From Candidatus Muproteobacteria bacterium (GTDB taxonomy: Bacteria > Pseudomonadota > Gammaproteobacteria > Acidiferrobacterales > SPGG2): a stretch of 64,000 nt of DNA. Shown piece after piece: positions 30,605 through 40,440 of the stretch (position 1 is its first letter; each line of letters opens with the position of its first letter). The notes under the pieces are model-generated. The model had not been told where the DNA came from, made no database searches, and saw only the letters and a list, made by a program, of their open reading frames with translations. Where the stretch lies: the NCBI GenBank assembly GCA_003251795.1, contig QKEI01000051.1, positions 24,823 through 88,822 of the forward strand, written 5' to 3'. The translations under genes were made by a program, and so were the position numbers.

Positions 30605-31267
30605 CTACAATTGTTCGCTCAGCTGCTGGGCTAGTAGCCGATAGAGGAATGTGCGCAGTGGCTCAAACGCCTGCGCGGCAAGCCAAAGATCCTCCGTCGT
30701 ATCAATATCGTTTAGCACCGGCAGCATCTCGAATCGAAGGCCGAGGCGGCGGGCGCGGGCAAGCGTCAGCTCTGCCACCCTGTCACCACCCCAAGCGATC
30801 CCTTCAAACAACGCGGCCTGTGCCTGCTGTAAGCCGATGAAGTAATAGCCGCCATCCTCCGCGGGCCCGAGCACACACTTGCCATTCGCGAGGTGTTCGT
30901 GCGCTTGCTCGATGATCTCCCACGGGCAATGCGGCACATCACAACCGAGTATACCCGCCGCGCCGCTGCGAGCGATGCCCTCACGCATGGCCTGCAACAT
31001 CTTCTGCCCCAAATCTCCCGGTGCCTGTGGGGCAAGATGAATATGAAAATCTCGGGCCAGTTCTTTAAACAATGCGTGGTCCAGGTCCGGCGCAGCATAG
31101 AGATATATCTTACTCGGCCAACTGCTGCTCGCCAGTTGCACTGACGTCCGAATCAGATAAGCGGCGATCTCTGCCACCTGTAATGGCGCGTAATCGCGCT
31201 GCAGACGCGTCTTGACTTTACCTGCCACCGGTTGTTTGGCAAAAAGTATGAGGTCAGGCGATTTCAT
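30605..31267 (-). CDS. DUF2064 / TIGR04282-like nucleotidyltransferase-fold protein (rSAM/Cys-rich-associated transferase 1)
   Basis: Frame of ORF 30605..31315, trimmed to the ATG at 31267 (MKSPDLILFAKQPVAGKVKTRL), the typical DUF2064 N-terminus. That start lies 1 nt after the stop of the upstream glycosyltransferase gene. Confidence 0.65.
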   Translation of the reverse strand: MKSPDLILFAKQPVAGKVKTRLQRDYAPLQVAEIAAYLIRTSVQLASSSWPSKIYLYAAPDLDHALFKELARDFHIHLAPQAPGDLGQKMLQAMREGIARSGAAGILGCDVPHCPWEIIEQAHEHLANGKCVLGPAEDGGYYFIGLQQAQAALFEGIAWGGDRVAELTLARARRLGLRFEMLPVLNDIDTTEDLWLAAQAFEPLRTFLYRLLAQQLSEQL

Positions 31268-31268
31268 A

Positions 31269-32003
31269 TCAGCGTGCGACCCTGTAAAAGCGCTGCAGCC
31301 TGGCCGGTGCCACACCGAACCAGTAAAGCAGTCGCAGGCCCCACATCAGCATTACCGTACGCACGATACCACCGGAGCGCCAACGGCGGGTCGACGCAAT
31401 TACGCTAGCGCGGATGCGCGCGGGTTGCCCTACCCATTTGAGGCGTGAACAAAGCTCCACGTCTTCCATGAGGGCGATGGGCGCGTAGCCGTCAAGCATG
31501 TGGAACACGTCACGGCGTACGAAGATCGCCTGATCACCCGTAGCGACGCGGGTAAGTGCCGAGCGCGCATTCATGAACCATTCGATCGCGCGAAATAGTC
31601 CATGCTCACCGTCTAACCGGGTGTCAAAGCGGCCCCAGCTCGCGCCCCGACAGATCGCTTCGCGTACCTGCTCAATCGCGCCAGTCGGTAGCCGTGTATC
31701 CGCATGCAAGAATAGCAACACGTCAGCATGCGATTCGGCAGCACCGGCATTCATTTGCAACGCGCGTCCGCACGGCGCGTTGATGAGCTGCACCGTTGTA
31801 CGCCCGGCACCCGCGTCATCGTTGATCAGCTCCTGGACGACCTCGCGCGTACCGTCACGGCTACCGCCGTCGACGACAATCACGGCGTTCAAGGAAGGAT
31901 GCTGCCGCAACTGGCTCAAGTGTGGGCCGATATCGACAACCTCATCGAGCACCGGCATGATGATATCAATAGACGGCCGGATAGCATTCGCGATGTCGTT
32001 CAC
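31269..32003 (-). CDS. family 2 glycosyltransferase-like protein (TIGR04283-like, rSAM/Cys-rich-associated transferase 2)
   Basis: 244 aa. IIMPVLDE, VVDGGSRDGT and LFLHADTRLP are GT-A fold motifs. Context with the ArsS-like and DUF2064 genes. Confidence 0.7.
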   Translation of the reverse strand: MNDIANAIRPSIDIIMPVLDEVVDIGPHLSQLRQHPSLNAVIVVDGGSRDGTREVVQELINDDAGAGRTTVQLINAPCGRALQMNAGAAESHADVLLFLHADTRLPTGAIEQVREAICRGASWGRFDTRLDGEHGLFRAIEWFMNARSALTRVATGDQAIFVRRDVFHMLDGYAPIALMEDVELCSRLKWVGQPARIRASVIASTRRWRSGGIVRTVMLMWGLRLLYWFGVAPARLQRFYRVAR

Positions 32004-32039
32004 GTGCTAACCACCCACGATCCCGCCTCGGAGACGTTA

Positions 32040-32423
<384 letters not shown>

Positions 32424-32486
32424 GTCACCTCCTTTCTGCTGTGAGAAAATGGGGGTCTTCTGGGTTGCTCGTCGCTTACTTGCCGG

Positions 32487-33701
32487 TCAGGAGGGCCGCC
32501 GCTTGCGCGCGGCTATGCGCATGCGCAGCGCATTTAGCTTGATAAATCCGTCGGCATCAGCCTGATTGTAAGCACCGGCATCTTCTTCAAACGTTACAAC
32601 GTCGGCATCGAACAGGCTATCCCGGGAGCGCCTGCCGACGACCAGAATGCCACCGCGATAAAGCTTTAGGCGCACCTGTCCGTTCACATTTGCCTGCGAG
32701 GCGTCGATCGTTTCCTGCAGCAGCCGGCGCTCCGGGCTCCACCAATAACCGTTGTATACCAGGCTTGCGTAACGCGGCATAAGCTCATCTTTCAGATGCG
32801 CTACTTCACGATCGAGCGTAATGGACTCGATTGCCCGATGCGCCTTTAGCAGCACCGTTCCCCCCGGCGTTTCGTAACAACCCCGGTTCTTCATGCCTAC
32901 ATACCGATTCTCGACGATATCGGCTCGGCCAATACCGTTGCGTCCAGCGATATCGTTCAACGCCGTTAGCAACTCGGCTGGGTTGAGCCGCTGACCATCG
33001 ATCGTCACCGCATTACCTGCCTCGAAACTGAGCTCAATATATGTCGGCTTATCCGCTGCCTTTTCCGGCGCGACCGTACGCAACCACATTTCCTCCTCGG
33101 GCTCGAACCAGGGATCCTCGAGCACGCCCCCTTCATAAGAGATGTGTAGCAAGTTCGCATCCATTGAATACGGAGCCTGTGTACCGCGCTTCCGTTCTAC
33201 AGGGATACCGTGCTGATCGGCATACGCCAGCAGCGTTTCACGTGAAGTGAGGTCCCACTCGCGCCACGGGGCGATGATACGGATATCCGGACGCAGGGCG
33301 TAGGCACCTAACTCAAAACGCACCTGATCGTTGCCCTTACCGGTTGCACCATGGGCGATGGCGTCAGCACCGGTTTCATTGGCAATCTCCACCAGACGTT
33401 TGGCGATAAGCGGGCGAGCAATCGCCGTTCCCAATAGGTACTCGCCTTCGTAAAGCGCATTGGCGCGGAACATCGGCCACACAAAGTCGCGGACGAATTC
33501 TTCCTTCAGGTCTTCGATGTAGATCTCGCGTACCCCGAGCGCTTGGGCCTTGCTGCGCGCGGCGGTCACCTCCTCGCCTTGACCGATGTCGGCGGTAAAA
33601 GTCACCACTTCGCAGCCATACGTTTCCTGCAGCCACTTGAGGATGACCGAGGTGTCTAGACCGCCCGAATATGCGAGCACGACTTTGTTAACGTCAGCCA
33701 T
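32487..33701 (-). CDS. argG: argininosuccinate synthase
   Basis: 404 aa. AYSGGLDTS, a [13 protein letters not shown] segment, and type I length. Confidence 0.95.
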   Translation of the reverse strand: MADVNKVVLAYSGGLDTSVILKWLQETYGCEVVTFTADIGQGEEVTAARSKAQALGVREIYIEDLKEEFVRDFVWPMFRANALYEGEYLLGTAIARPLIAKRLVEIANETGADAIAHGATGKGNDQVRFELGAYALRPDIRIIAPWREWDLTSRETLLAYADQHGIPVERKRGTQAPYSMDANLLHISYEGGVLEDPWFEPEEEMWLRTVAPEKAADKPTYIELSFEAGNAVTIDGQRLNPAELLTALNDIAGRNGIGRADIVENRYVGMKNRGCYETPGGTVLLKAHRAIESITLDREVAHLKDELMPRYASLVYNGYWWSPERRLLQETIDASQANVNGQVRLKLYRGGILVVGRRSRDSLFDADVVTFEEDAGAYNQADADGFIKLNALRMRIAARKRRPS

Positions 33702-34071
33702 AGCGAGAGTCGACTATCAGGTAACGTAGGGCATTGCGGGGTCGGGACGACACGTCGCAAGCTTAAGGCACATGTCACAGTCTATCGAAGATGCGCTGAG
33801 TCACGCGCCCAAGTATGATGGGTTGTTTGCCGATAGAGGTCAAGGCAAGCGGGTACAGTACGGACCGTGTTATGCCGCCAAGCGTGGCGCCAAGTTACCT
33901 CAGGCACGCGAGCACCACGACGATCGGTCGCTCGGACATACAGCGTCGGCGAACAAAACTGAGGTCCGCCGTATCGCTGGATGGATTCTCTTGCATTCGT
34001 TGGAAATCTGCCTTAGGCTAAATCCCTTAGTAATCCGCTCAACAATTGCGGCTCGGAAAGGATCACAAACC

Positions 34072-34170
34072 ATGAAAAATCCGCTCGACTCCATCTGGGG
34101 AACGATTATCTCGGGGTTAGTTCTCACATTTGTGCTCTACGTTTTTGCGCGTGCGTTTCTACCGTTCTGA
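34072..34170 (+). CDS. candidate 32-aa single-TM small protein
   Basis: My own reading: ATG at 34072 preceded by GGAAAGGA. MKNPLDSIWGTIISGLVLTFVLYVFARAFLPF. It is the C-terminal part of the dubious ORF 33772..34170. No homology claim. Confidence 0.25.
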   Translation: MKNPLDSIWGTIISGLVLTFVLYVFARAFLPF

Positions 34171-34229
34171 ACAGGCACAGGGGGCAACACTAAGGGTATA
34201 GACGCGAAATCGACAAACAAGGAAAAGAC

Positions 34230-34748
34230 ATGGAACACCTTCATCTTATTCTCGATCGTTGGCTGCACATCATGGCAGGGATCACCTGGATTGGCCTGCT
34301 GTATTACTTCAACTTTGTGCAGGTACCGGCGCTTGGCGCGGCTAGGGCCGACGGTACCGCCGCCGGCATCACCAAACATATTGCGCCCCTCGCACTGCTG
34401 TGGTTTCGCTGGGCAGCACTGGTCACATGGCTTTCGGGAGCGTTTTATCTTTCCGTGGGTGGCCACGGATTCATTAATGCCTTTCTGCTTCACGGGTCGG
34501 CGGCCTATATCGGGCTTGGCGCGTGGATGGGCACAATCATGTTGTTCAACGTGTGGGTGCTAATCTGGCCGAACCAAAAGAAGGTATTGGGGATGGTAGA
34601 GGCCAGTGATGATGAGAAGAAGAAGGCCGGCCGCATTGCGCTTCTGGCCTCGCGTACCAACACCATGCTTTCGATACCGATGCTGTTCTTTATGATCACC
34701 GGCTCACCCGCGCATCAGTTCGGCATATACATGGCTGGCGGCGGGTAG
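34230..34748 (+). CDS. conserved integral membrane protein (Urate_ox_N/HemJ-like N-terminal motif, tentative)
   Basis: 172 aa with four hydrophobic segments. The N-terminal RWLHIMAGITWIGLLYYFNF recalls the W-x-H...G-I-x-W-I-G motif of PuuD N-terminal and HemJ-type membrane proteins. Family assignment is not secure. Confidence 0.5.
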   Translation: MEHLHLILDRWLHIMAGITWIGLLYYFNFVQVPALGAARADGTAAGITKHIAPLALLWFRWAALVTWLSGAFYLSVGGHGFINAFLLHGSAAYIGLGAWMGTIMLFNVWVLIWPNQKKVLGMVEASDDEKKKAGRIALLASRTNTMLSIPMLFFMITGSPAHQFGIYMAGGG

Positions 34749-34858
34749 GCGCATCGCTCCGCCGGACGTGCTTGGCAGCCTACCCGTTTCGGGTCTAGAA
34801 TCGCTTCCTTCGGTAGCACCTGACAGGGCGCCCTGCGTGCAGGGCGCTTTTAGTTTCT

Positions 34859-36043
34859 ATGACCGACGACGCACATCTGATGCAGACGTATGCACGCTTG
34901 CCGGTCGCGTTCACCCACGGCGACGGCGCTTGGCTCTGGGATGCTCATGGCAAGCGCTACCTTGATGCCCTCGGCGGCATCGCCGTGTGTGCCCTGGGAC
35001 ATGCACACCCCGCGGTCACCCGGGCCATCTGCGAGCAGGCCGGGACGCTCATGCATACGTCCAATCTTTACCAGATCACGCTGCAGCAAGAACTGGCGGA
35101 CCGACTTTGCGCGGTTGCCGAGATGGATCGGGCATTTTTCTGCAACTCGGGCGCTGAGGCGCTAGAAGCGGCGATCAAGCTGGCGCGCCTGTACGGTCAT
35201 CAGCGCAATATCCGTAGTCCTTCCATCATCGTGGCCGAGGGGAGCTTCCACGGCCGCACCCTCGCCACCCTATCGGCTACGGGCAACCGCAAGGTGCAGG
35301 CGGGCTTTGAACCACTGGTGCAGGGATTTCGGCGTGTACCTTACGACGATCTCGAGGCTGTGCGCGCGGTCGCTGCCAATGCCGGAGATATCGTCGCCGT
35401 GCTGGTCGAACCTATCCTCGGTGAAGGCGGCATCAAGGTACCGCAAGATAACTATCTCAAGGGCTTGCGCGAGCTCTGTGATCAGCGCGGCTGGTTATTG
35501 ATGCTCGATGAGGTGCAAACCGGAATGTGTCGCACGGGACGCTGGTTTGCGCATCAGCACACGGGCATCAAGCCTGACACGATGAGCCTGGCAAAAGCGC
35601 TCGGTAACGGCGTGCCCATCGGCGCCTGCCTTGCCTACGGCAAGGCTGCCGAGTTGTTTCAGCCCGGCAATCACGCCACCACATTCGGCGGTAACCTGCT
35701 CGCCTGTCGCGCGGCACTGGCCGTAGTGGAAATCATGCAAACTGAAAATTTGGCGCTGCGCGCGGCCACACTCGGTCAGCGTATGCTCAATGCCTTGGAA
35801 CAAGCGCTAACACCACTGCCCTGGGTTAAGGCAGTGCGCGGTAAAGGCTTGATGCTCGGTGTAGAACTCGACCGCCCCTGCAGTGAGCTCGTTGCAGCAG
35901 CGCTCGAGCGGGGGCTGTTAATCAACGTCACTGCGCAGTCGGTAGTGCGTTTGCTGCCGCCGCTTATCTTAAGCGATGAGGAGGCCGACAAGATCACCAG
36001 CACGGTGATCGATCTTGTCACGGACTTCGGTGCTCGGCAATGA
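34859..36043 (+). CDS. argD: acetylornithine aminotransferase (class III PLP aminotransferase)
   Basis: 394 aa. GIAVCALGHAHP, LMLDEVQTGMCRTGRWFA and SLAKALGNG (PLP Lys). 4-nt overlap with argF. Confidence 0.9.
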   Translation: MTDDAHLMQTYARLPVAFTHGDGAWLWDAHGKRYLDALGGIAVCALGHAHPAVTRAICEQAGTLMHTSNLYQITLQQELADRLCAVAEMDRAFFCNSGAEALEAAIKLARLYGHQRNIRSPSIIVAEGSFHGRTLATLSATGNRKVQAGFEPLVQGFRRVPYDDLEAVRAVAANAGDIVAVLVEPILGEGGIKVPQDNYLKGLRELCDQRGWLLMLDEVQTGMCRTGRWFAHQHTGIKPDTMSLAKALGNGVPIGACLAYGKAAELFQPGNHATTFGGNLLACRAALAVVEIMQTENLALRAATLGQRMLNALEQALTPLPWVKAVRGKGLMLGVELDRPCSELVAAALERGLLINVTAQSVVRLLPPLILSDEEADKITSTVIDLVTDFGARQ

Positions 36044-36951
36044 AGCTACGGCATTTTCTCACGCTAATGGATCTCAACCATGCCGAGCTCACAGGCTTGC
36101 TGCAGCGTGCAATCGAGCTCAAGACGATGGTCAAGCGCGACGAACACTACGAGCCGCTACACGGCAAGGTGCTCGCCATGATCTTCGACAAGTCCTCGAC
36201 ACGTACGCGTGTGTCGTTCCAGACCGGCATGGCGCAACTGGGCGGCACCAGCCTTTTCCTGGCACCGCGCGATACCCACCTCGGTCGCGGTGAGCCGATC
36301 GAGGATACTGCGCGTGTGTTATCGCGCATGGTTAACGCGGTGGTCATCCGGACCCACGCGCACGCCACACTCGAAGCTTTTGCGGCACACGCAAGCGTAC
36401 CTGTGATCAATGCTCTCACCGACATGTATCATCCTTGTCAGTTATTGGCCGACTTACAAACCTATACCGAGCGGTGCGGCGATATCCGCGGCAGAACCGT
36501 TGCCTGGATTGGCGACGGCAACAACGTCTGCCACTCGTGGATCAATGCTGCGCATCTCATGGACTTTGAGCTGCGTATTGCTACGCCTCGGGGCTATGAA
36601 CCAAACAGTGCGTTGCTCGAGCGCTCGCGCAAGCATCTCGTGCTTACACATGATCCTGCCGAAGCTGTACGCGATGCCGACGTGGTGGTTACCGATACCT
36701 GGGCAAGCATGGGCCAGGAAAATGAGAAAAGCCGCCGAGAGCATGATTTTGCCGGCTTCCTAGTTAACCAAGATCTCATGGCTCGAGCCAAGGCCGATGC
36801 GCTGTTCATGCACTGCCTGCCGGCTTACCGAGGCTGTGAGGTTACCCCCGAAGTAATTGACGGGCCACAAAGCGTCGTATGGGATGAGGCGGAAAATCGC
36901 TTACATTCCCAGAAGGCGTTGCTCGAGTTGCTGCTCAACGTCCGTCGCTGA
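36040..36951 (+). CDS. argF: ornithine carbamoyltransferase
   Basis: 303 aa. SSTRTRVSF, HPCQLLADL, DGNNVCHS and HCLPAYRG motifs. Confidence 0.9.
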   Translation: MKLRHFLTLMDLNHAELTGLLQRAIELKTMVKRDEHYEPLHGKVLAMIFDKSSTRTRVSFQTGMAQLGGTSLFLAPRDTHLGRGEPIEDTARVLSRMVNAVVIRTHAHATLEAFAAHASVPVINALTDMYHPCQLLADLQTYTERCGDIRGRTVAWIGDGNNVCHSWINAAHLMDFELRIATPRGYEPNSALLERSRKHLVLTHDPAEAVRDADVVVTDTWASMGQENEKSRREHDFAGFLVNQDLMARAKADALFMHCLPAYRGCEVTPEVIDGPQSVVWDEAENRLHSQKALLELLLNVRR

Positions 36952-37059
36952 GTCGGCGACGGGCCCAAACAAATATGCGACGCGCCAGCACGGCTGTGCT
37001 CGAGCCGGCTTTGATCCAATTTGCTATTATCGCCTGCGGTTTCCCGGCAATATCTCGCA

Positions 37060-38118
37060 GTGACTGATCTGTTAACACTCCACGGTGTCGAGTGCCACTA
37101 CGACAGGCGGGTCGCTGTACGGGCACTCGAGCTGCATATCGCCTCAGGTGCTTTGGTCTCGCTGTTGGGTCCCAGCGGAAGTGGTAAGACGACGGTATTG
37201 CGAGCCATCGCCGGATTTCACCCGCTCAGCGCAGGCGAGATACTTATTAACGGGCGTCTTGCATCCTACCCGGGTTTCACGTTGCCCCCCGAACAGCGCC
37301 GTCTCGGTATGGTGTTTCAGGACTGTGCTCTATTCCCGCACTTGGACGTAGCCGAGAACATCGGCTTCGGTCTGCGTGGCACGGCGAGTGCACAGAAACG
37401 CAAGATCGTCGCCGATTTGCTGGCAACGGTCGGACTAGCAGCTATGGAGCGCCGTTACCCACATGAGCTCTCCGGTGGACAGCAACAGCGCGTCGCGCTC
37501 GCGCGGGCACTGGCACCCCGACCCGACCTGATCTTGATGGACGAGCCCTTCTCCAATCTGGATATCGACATGCGTGAACGCCTGAGCGTAGAAGTGCGAA
37601 ACATACTGAAACAGCAAGGTACCACTGCCGTGCTGGTAACTCACGACCAAAACGAAGCGTTCTCGCTTGCGGACAAGGTGGGCGTGCTGCGCGACGGCGA
37701 GCTGCTACAGTGGGACACGCCCTATAATCTCTACCACGAGCCCGCCTGCACTTTCGTCGCCGACTTTATCGGACAGGGGGTTTTCCTGAGCGGCACGTTG
37801 CTAGCTCCCGATACCGTCCATACTGACCTCGGTGTATGCAAAGGTAATCGCGCCTACCCGTGGGGTAAGGATGCGCCCATAGAGGTGTTATTTCGCCCTG
37901 ATGATATCGTGTTCGACCCGGAAAGCCCGTTGCGCGCGCAGATCACACAAAAGGCGTTCAAGGGCGCAGAGATCCTCTATAATCTGCAGCTGCCGACCGG
38001 CGCACAGGTGCTGTCGCTGTTCCCCAGTCATGCCGACCATCCTGTGGGGGCCGTTGTCGGAATTCGGGTCGAGCCCGATCATCTAGTGGTATTCCCTCGA
38101 GCAGACAGTGCGAAATAG
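37060..38118 (+). CDS. ABC transporter ATP-binding protein (FbpC/PotA-like with a C-terminal TOBE-type domain)
   Basis: Frame of ORF 37021..38118. Walker A GPSGSGKTT, signature LSGGQQQRVALARAL, Walker B LILMDEPFSNLD. Start uncertain (GTG 37060 or TTG 37021). No permease or binding protein gene adjacent. Confidence 0.8.
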   Translation: MTDLLTLHGVECHYDRRVAVRALELHIASGALVSLLGPSGSGKTTVLRAIAGFHPLSAGEILINGRLASYPGFTLPPEQRRLGMVFQDCALFPHLDVAENIGFGLRGTASAQKRKIVADLLATVGLAAMERRYPHELSGGQQQRVALARALAPRPDLILMDEPFSNLDIDMRERLSVEVRNILKQQGTTAVLVTHDQNEAFSLADKVGVLRDGELLQWDTPYNLYHEPACTFVADFIGQGVFLSGTLLAPDTVHTDLGVCKGNRAYPWGKDAPIEVLFRPDDIVFDPESPLRAQITQKAFKGAEILYNLQLPTGAQVLSLFPSHADHPVGAVVGIRVEPDHLVVFPRADSAK

Positions 38119-38211
38119 GCTGACAGACCTACGAACCCTTACTGCGCGGTACACGCACTGCCTATTTTGGCCTAAACTACTCTAGAGCCCCGAGATTAGT
38201 TCATTAGTTCA

Positions 38212-40344
38212 TTGGAAAAGAACATCCTTCGTTTACTGGTCATCGATGACTCGCCGGATGATGCCGAGCTGCCAGTGGGCGTTTTGCGCAAAGCCGGTTA
38301 TATGCTGAAGTCACAGCGCGTACACGACACGGCCAGCATGCGGAATGCCCTAGACAAGGGCAGCTGGGACCTGGTGATCAGCAATCACACGCTCGCTCAT
38401 TACGGCGCGCAGCAGGCGCTCGAGACCATGAAGCGCGCGCACCGCCACATGCCGCTGATCATTCTGACGGAAAAAATCAGTAATGAAGACCTAGTCAAAA
38501 TCATGCGTGCCGGTGCGCGCGATGTTGTGCTCAAGAGCGACCTTGGCCGCCTGGTTCCGGCAATCGAGCGTGAGCTGGCCGTAATACGCGAGCGCGAAGA
38601 GTATCAACAGTCAAGCGCGCGTCTCAAGGAGATCGAAGGCAAACACCAGGCGATGATCGACGGCGCACGTGAAGCCATCTGTTACAGCCACGATGGCATG
38701 CACGTCGACGTGAACCGTGCGTACTTGCGGCTGTTCGGATACGACGGCCTGGCGGAGCTCGAGGGCGTACCTGTACTCGACCTGATTGATAAGACTGACC
38801 ACGACCGATTCAAGGAGTACCTTCGGAAGGTCACGAAAGGGAACCATAAGGCCGATGAGCCGCAACAGTTCCAAGCGCTACGTAAAGACGGCTCGAAAGT
38901 AGCGGTGGAGATGAGCTTGTCGCTCATCGATATCGGCGGCGAGATCTGCACACAGATTGTCGTCAGTGACGTCTCGAAACGCGTGGCCGTGGTCGCCGCG
39001 GATGCTGGAAAGGACAATGAGCGTGATGCGCTCACCGGCACCTACGATCGCGAGCACTTCCTGCGAGAACTGGGTAAAGCGATAGAGCAGGCCAAGGGTG
39101 GTGGTAAGAACAGCGCCCTCATCTACCTTGAACTCGACGGCCTGAAGGAGGTCAACGAGAAACACGGTTATGACACGGGAGATCAGCTGCTGCGGGAAAT
39201 CGCCCAGCGATTCCAGGCCATCATGGTCAAGGACGGCATGATCTCCCGCTTCGGTGGTGATGAGTTCGTGGTGTTACTGCCCGGAGCGACCCAGGGGCCA
39301 GCCCAGCGCCTCGCTGAGGGGCTGAAACAAGCCGTTGGGCAAGTGGCAACGCGTGTCGGCCTAGCAGCCAGTGCCGTCAGCGGCACCACGGGATTGATCG
39401 TGATCGAACGCACTTCCGGCAGTGTGGAGAAGATCTTGTCGCTGGCCTATGGGGCCTGCGAACAAGCCAAGAAACAAAAGAAGACGACACCAACAGTTAG
39501 CGCTCCAAAAGCGCGGGAGGCCGACGCTGAATCCGCGCGGATGGAGTTATGGCGAGAACGCATCCAGCGAGCGCTCGATCATGACAGCTTCCAGCTCGTC
39601 TACCAGCCGGTTATTAACCTTATCGGCGATCCCTCAGAATACTATGAGGTGCTTATTCGCTTGGCTGGAAACAACGATGAGCTAGTGGCAGCCGGCGAAT
39701 TCATGCCGATCGCGGAGCGCAGCGGTCAGGCGCTGGCGATCGATGACTGGGTGCTGCGGCACGCTTTGACGGGGTTGGCGCAACTGCACAAGGACGGGCA
39801 ACACGCCGCATTCTTCATCAATGTTTCTAACCAGGCGGTTAACGACGAAGGCTTCCCGTCGCGCATCCGAGAGACACTGAAGAACAATAAGCTCGACGGA
39901 CGTCACGTGATCCTCGAGGCGGATGAATCGTGCGTTGAACAAGATGGGAAGCGCGCCACTGCGTTCATTCGTGCCGTCAATAAGCTCGGCTGTCGCCTAT
40001 CGCTCGACAATTTCGGTGCGCGCTTGGCTTTGCTCGGGCGCCTGCGCGAGTTGCCAATAGAGTTCTTGAAGATCGACGGTACGCTGGCACGCGATGCCGG
40101 CAATGACAATATTAAGCAGATCGTGTTAAAGACAATCGTACAGATCGCCAAGCTACTGAACAAGAAAACCATCGGTAAGTGCGTCGAGGATGAGGAAACC
40201 CTATCGCTGCTGTACAGCTACGAACTCGACTATCTGCAGGGCAATTACTTTCAGCACGCCGACTTGCAACCCGAGTACAAGTTTGCCGGCGAGACGACTC
40301 TATCCTCGGAAGACCCACTGGGCGGCTGGCCCCCGAGCCCCTAG
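38212..40344 (+). CDS. receiver-PAS-GGDEF-EAL signalling protein (cyclic-di-GMP turnover)
   Basis: 710 aa. LLVIDDSPDD receiver start, a PAS-like middle, RFGGDEFVVLLPG (GGDEF), an EAL-type domain (YQPVINL...YEVLIRL, DDWVL, ESCV, LDNFG, KIDG, QGNYF). TTG start. Confidence 0.85.
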   Translation: MEKNILRLLVIDDSPDDAELPVGVLRKAGYMLKSQRVHDTASMRNALDKGSWDLVISNHTLAHYGAQQALETMKRAHRHMPLIILTEKISNEDLVKIMRAGARDVVLKSDLGRLVPAIERELAVIREREEYQQSSARLKEIEGKHQAMIDGAREAICYSHDGMHVDVNRAYLRLFGYDGLAELEGVPVLDLIDKTDHDRFKEYLRKVTKGNHKADEPQQFQALRKDGSKVAVEMSLSLIDIGGEICTQIVVSDVSKRVAVVAADAGKDNERDALTGTYDREHFLRELGKAIEQAKGGGKNSALIYLELDGLKEVNEKHGYDTGDQLLREIAQRFQAIMVKDGMISRFGGDEFVVLLPGATQGPAQRLAEGLKQAVGQVATRVGLAASAVSGTTGLIVIERTSGSVEKILSLAYGACEQAKKQKKTTPTVSAPKAREADAESARMELWRERIQRALDHDSFQLVYQPVINLIGDPSEYYEVLIRLAGNNDELVAAGEFMPIAERSGQALAIDDWVLRHALTGLAQLHKDGQHAAFFINVSNQAVNDEGFPSRIRETLKNNKLDGRHVILEADESCVEQDGKRATAFIRAVNKLGCRLSLDNFGARLALLGRLRELPIEFLKIDGTLARDAGNDNIKQIVLKTIVQIAKLLNKKTIGKCVEDEETLSLLYSYELDYLQGNYFQHADLQPEYKFAGETTLSSEDPLGGWPPSP

Positions 40345-40440
40345 GCTGTTAGTGCGTTACCTGTACGTTGCCGCAAGCCGCTCGGCTGTGTAGCATCCGC
40401 GGGTTCGGGTCTGTTTCTCGCGTGTTCTTTCCACCCCAGT

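Noticed and set aside
33772-34071. First 100 codons of the 132-aa ORF 33772..34170.
   Set aside because: The composition (Arg/Ala/Gly/His runs) is not protein-like, and only the last 32 codons with their own ribosome-binding site look plausible.
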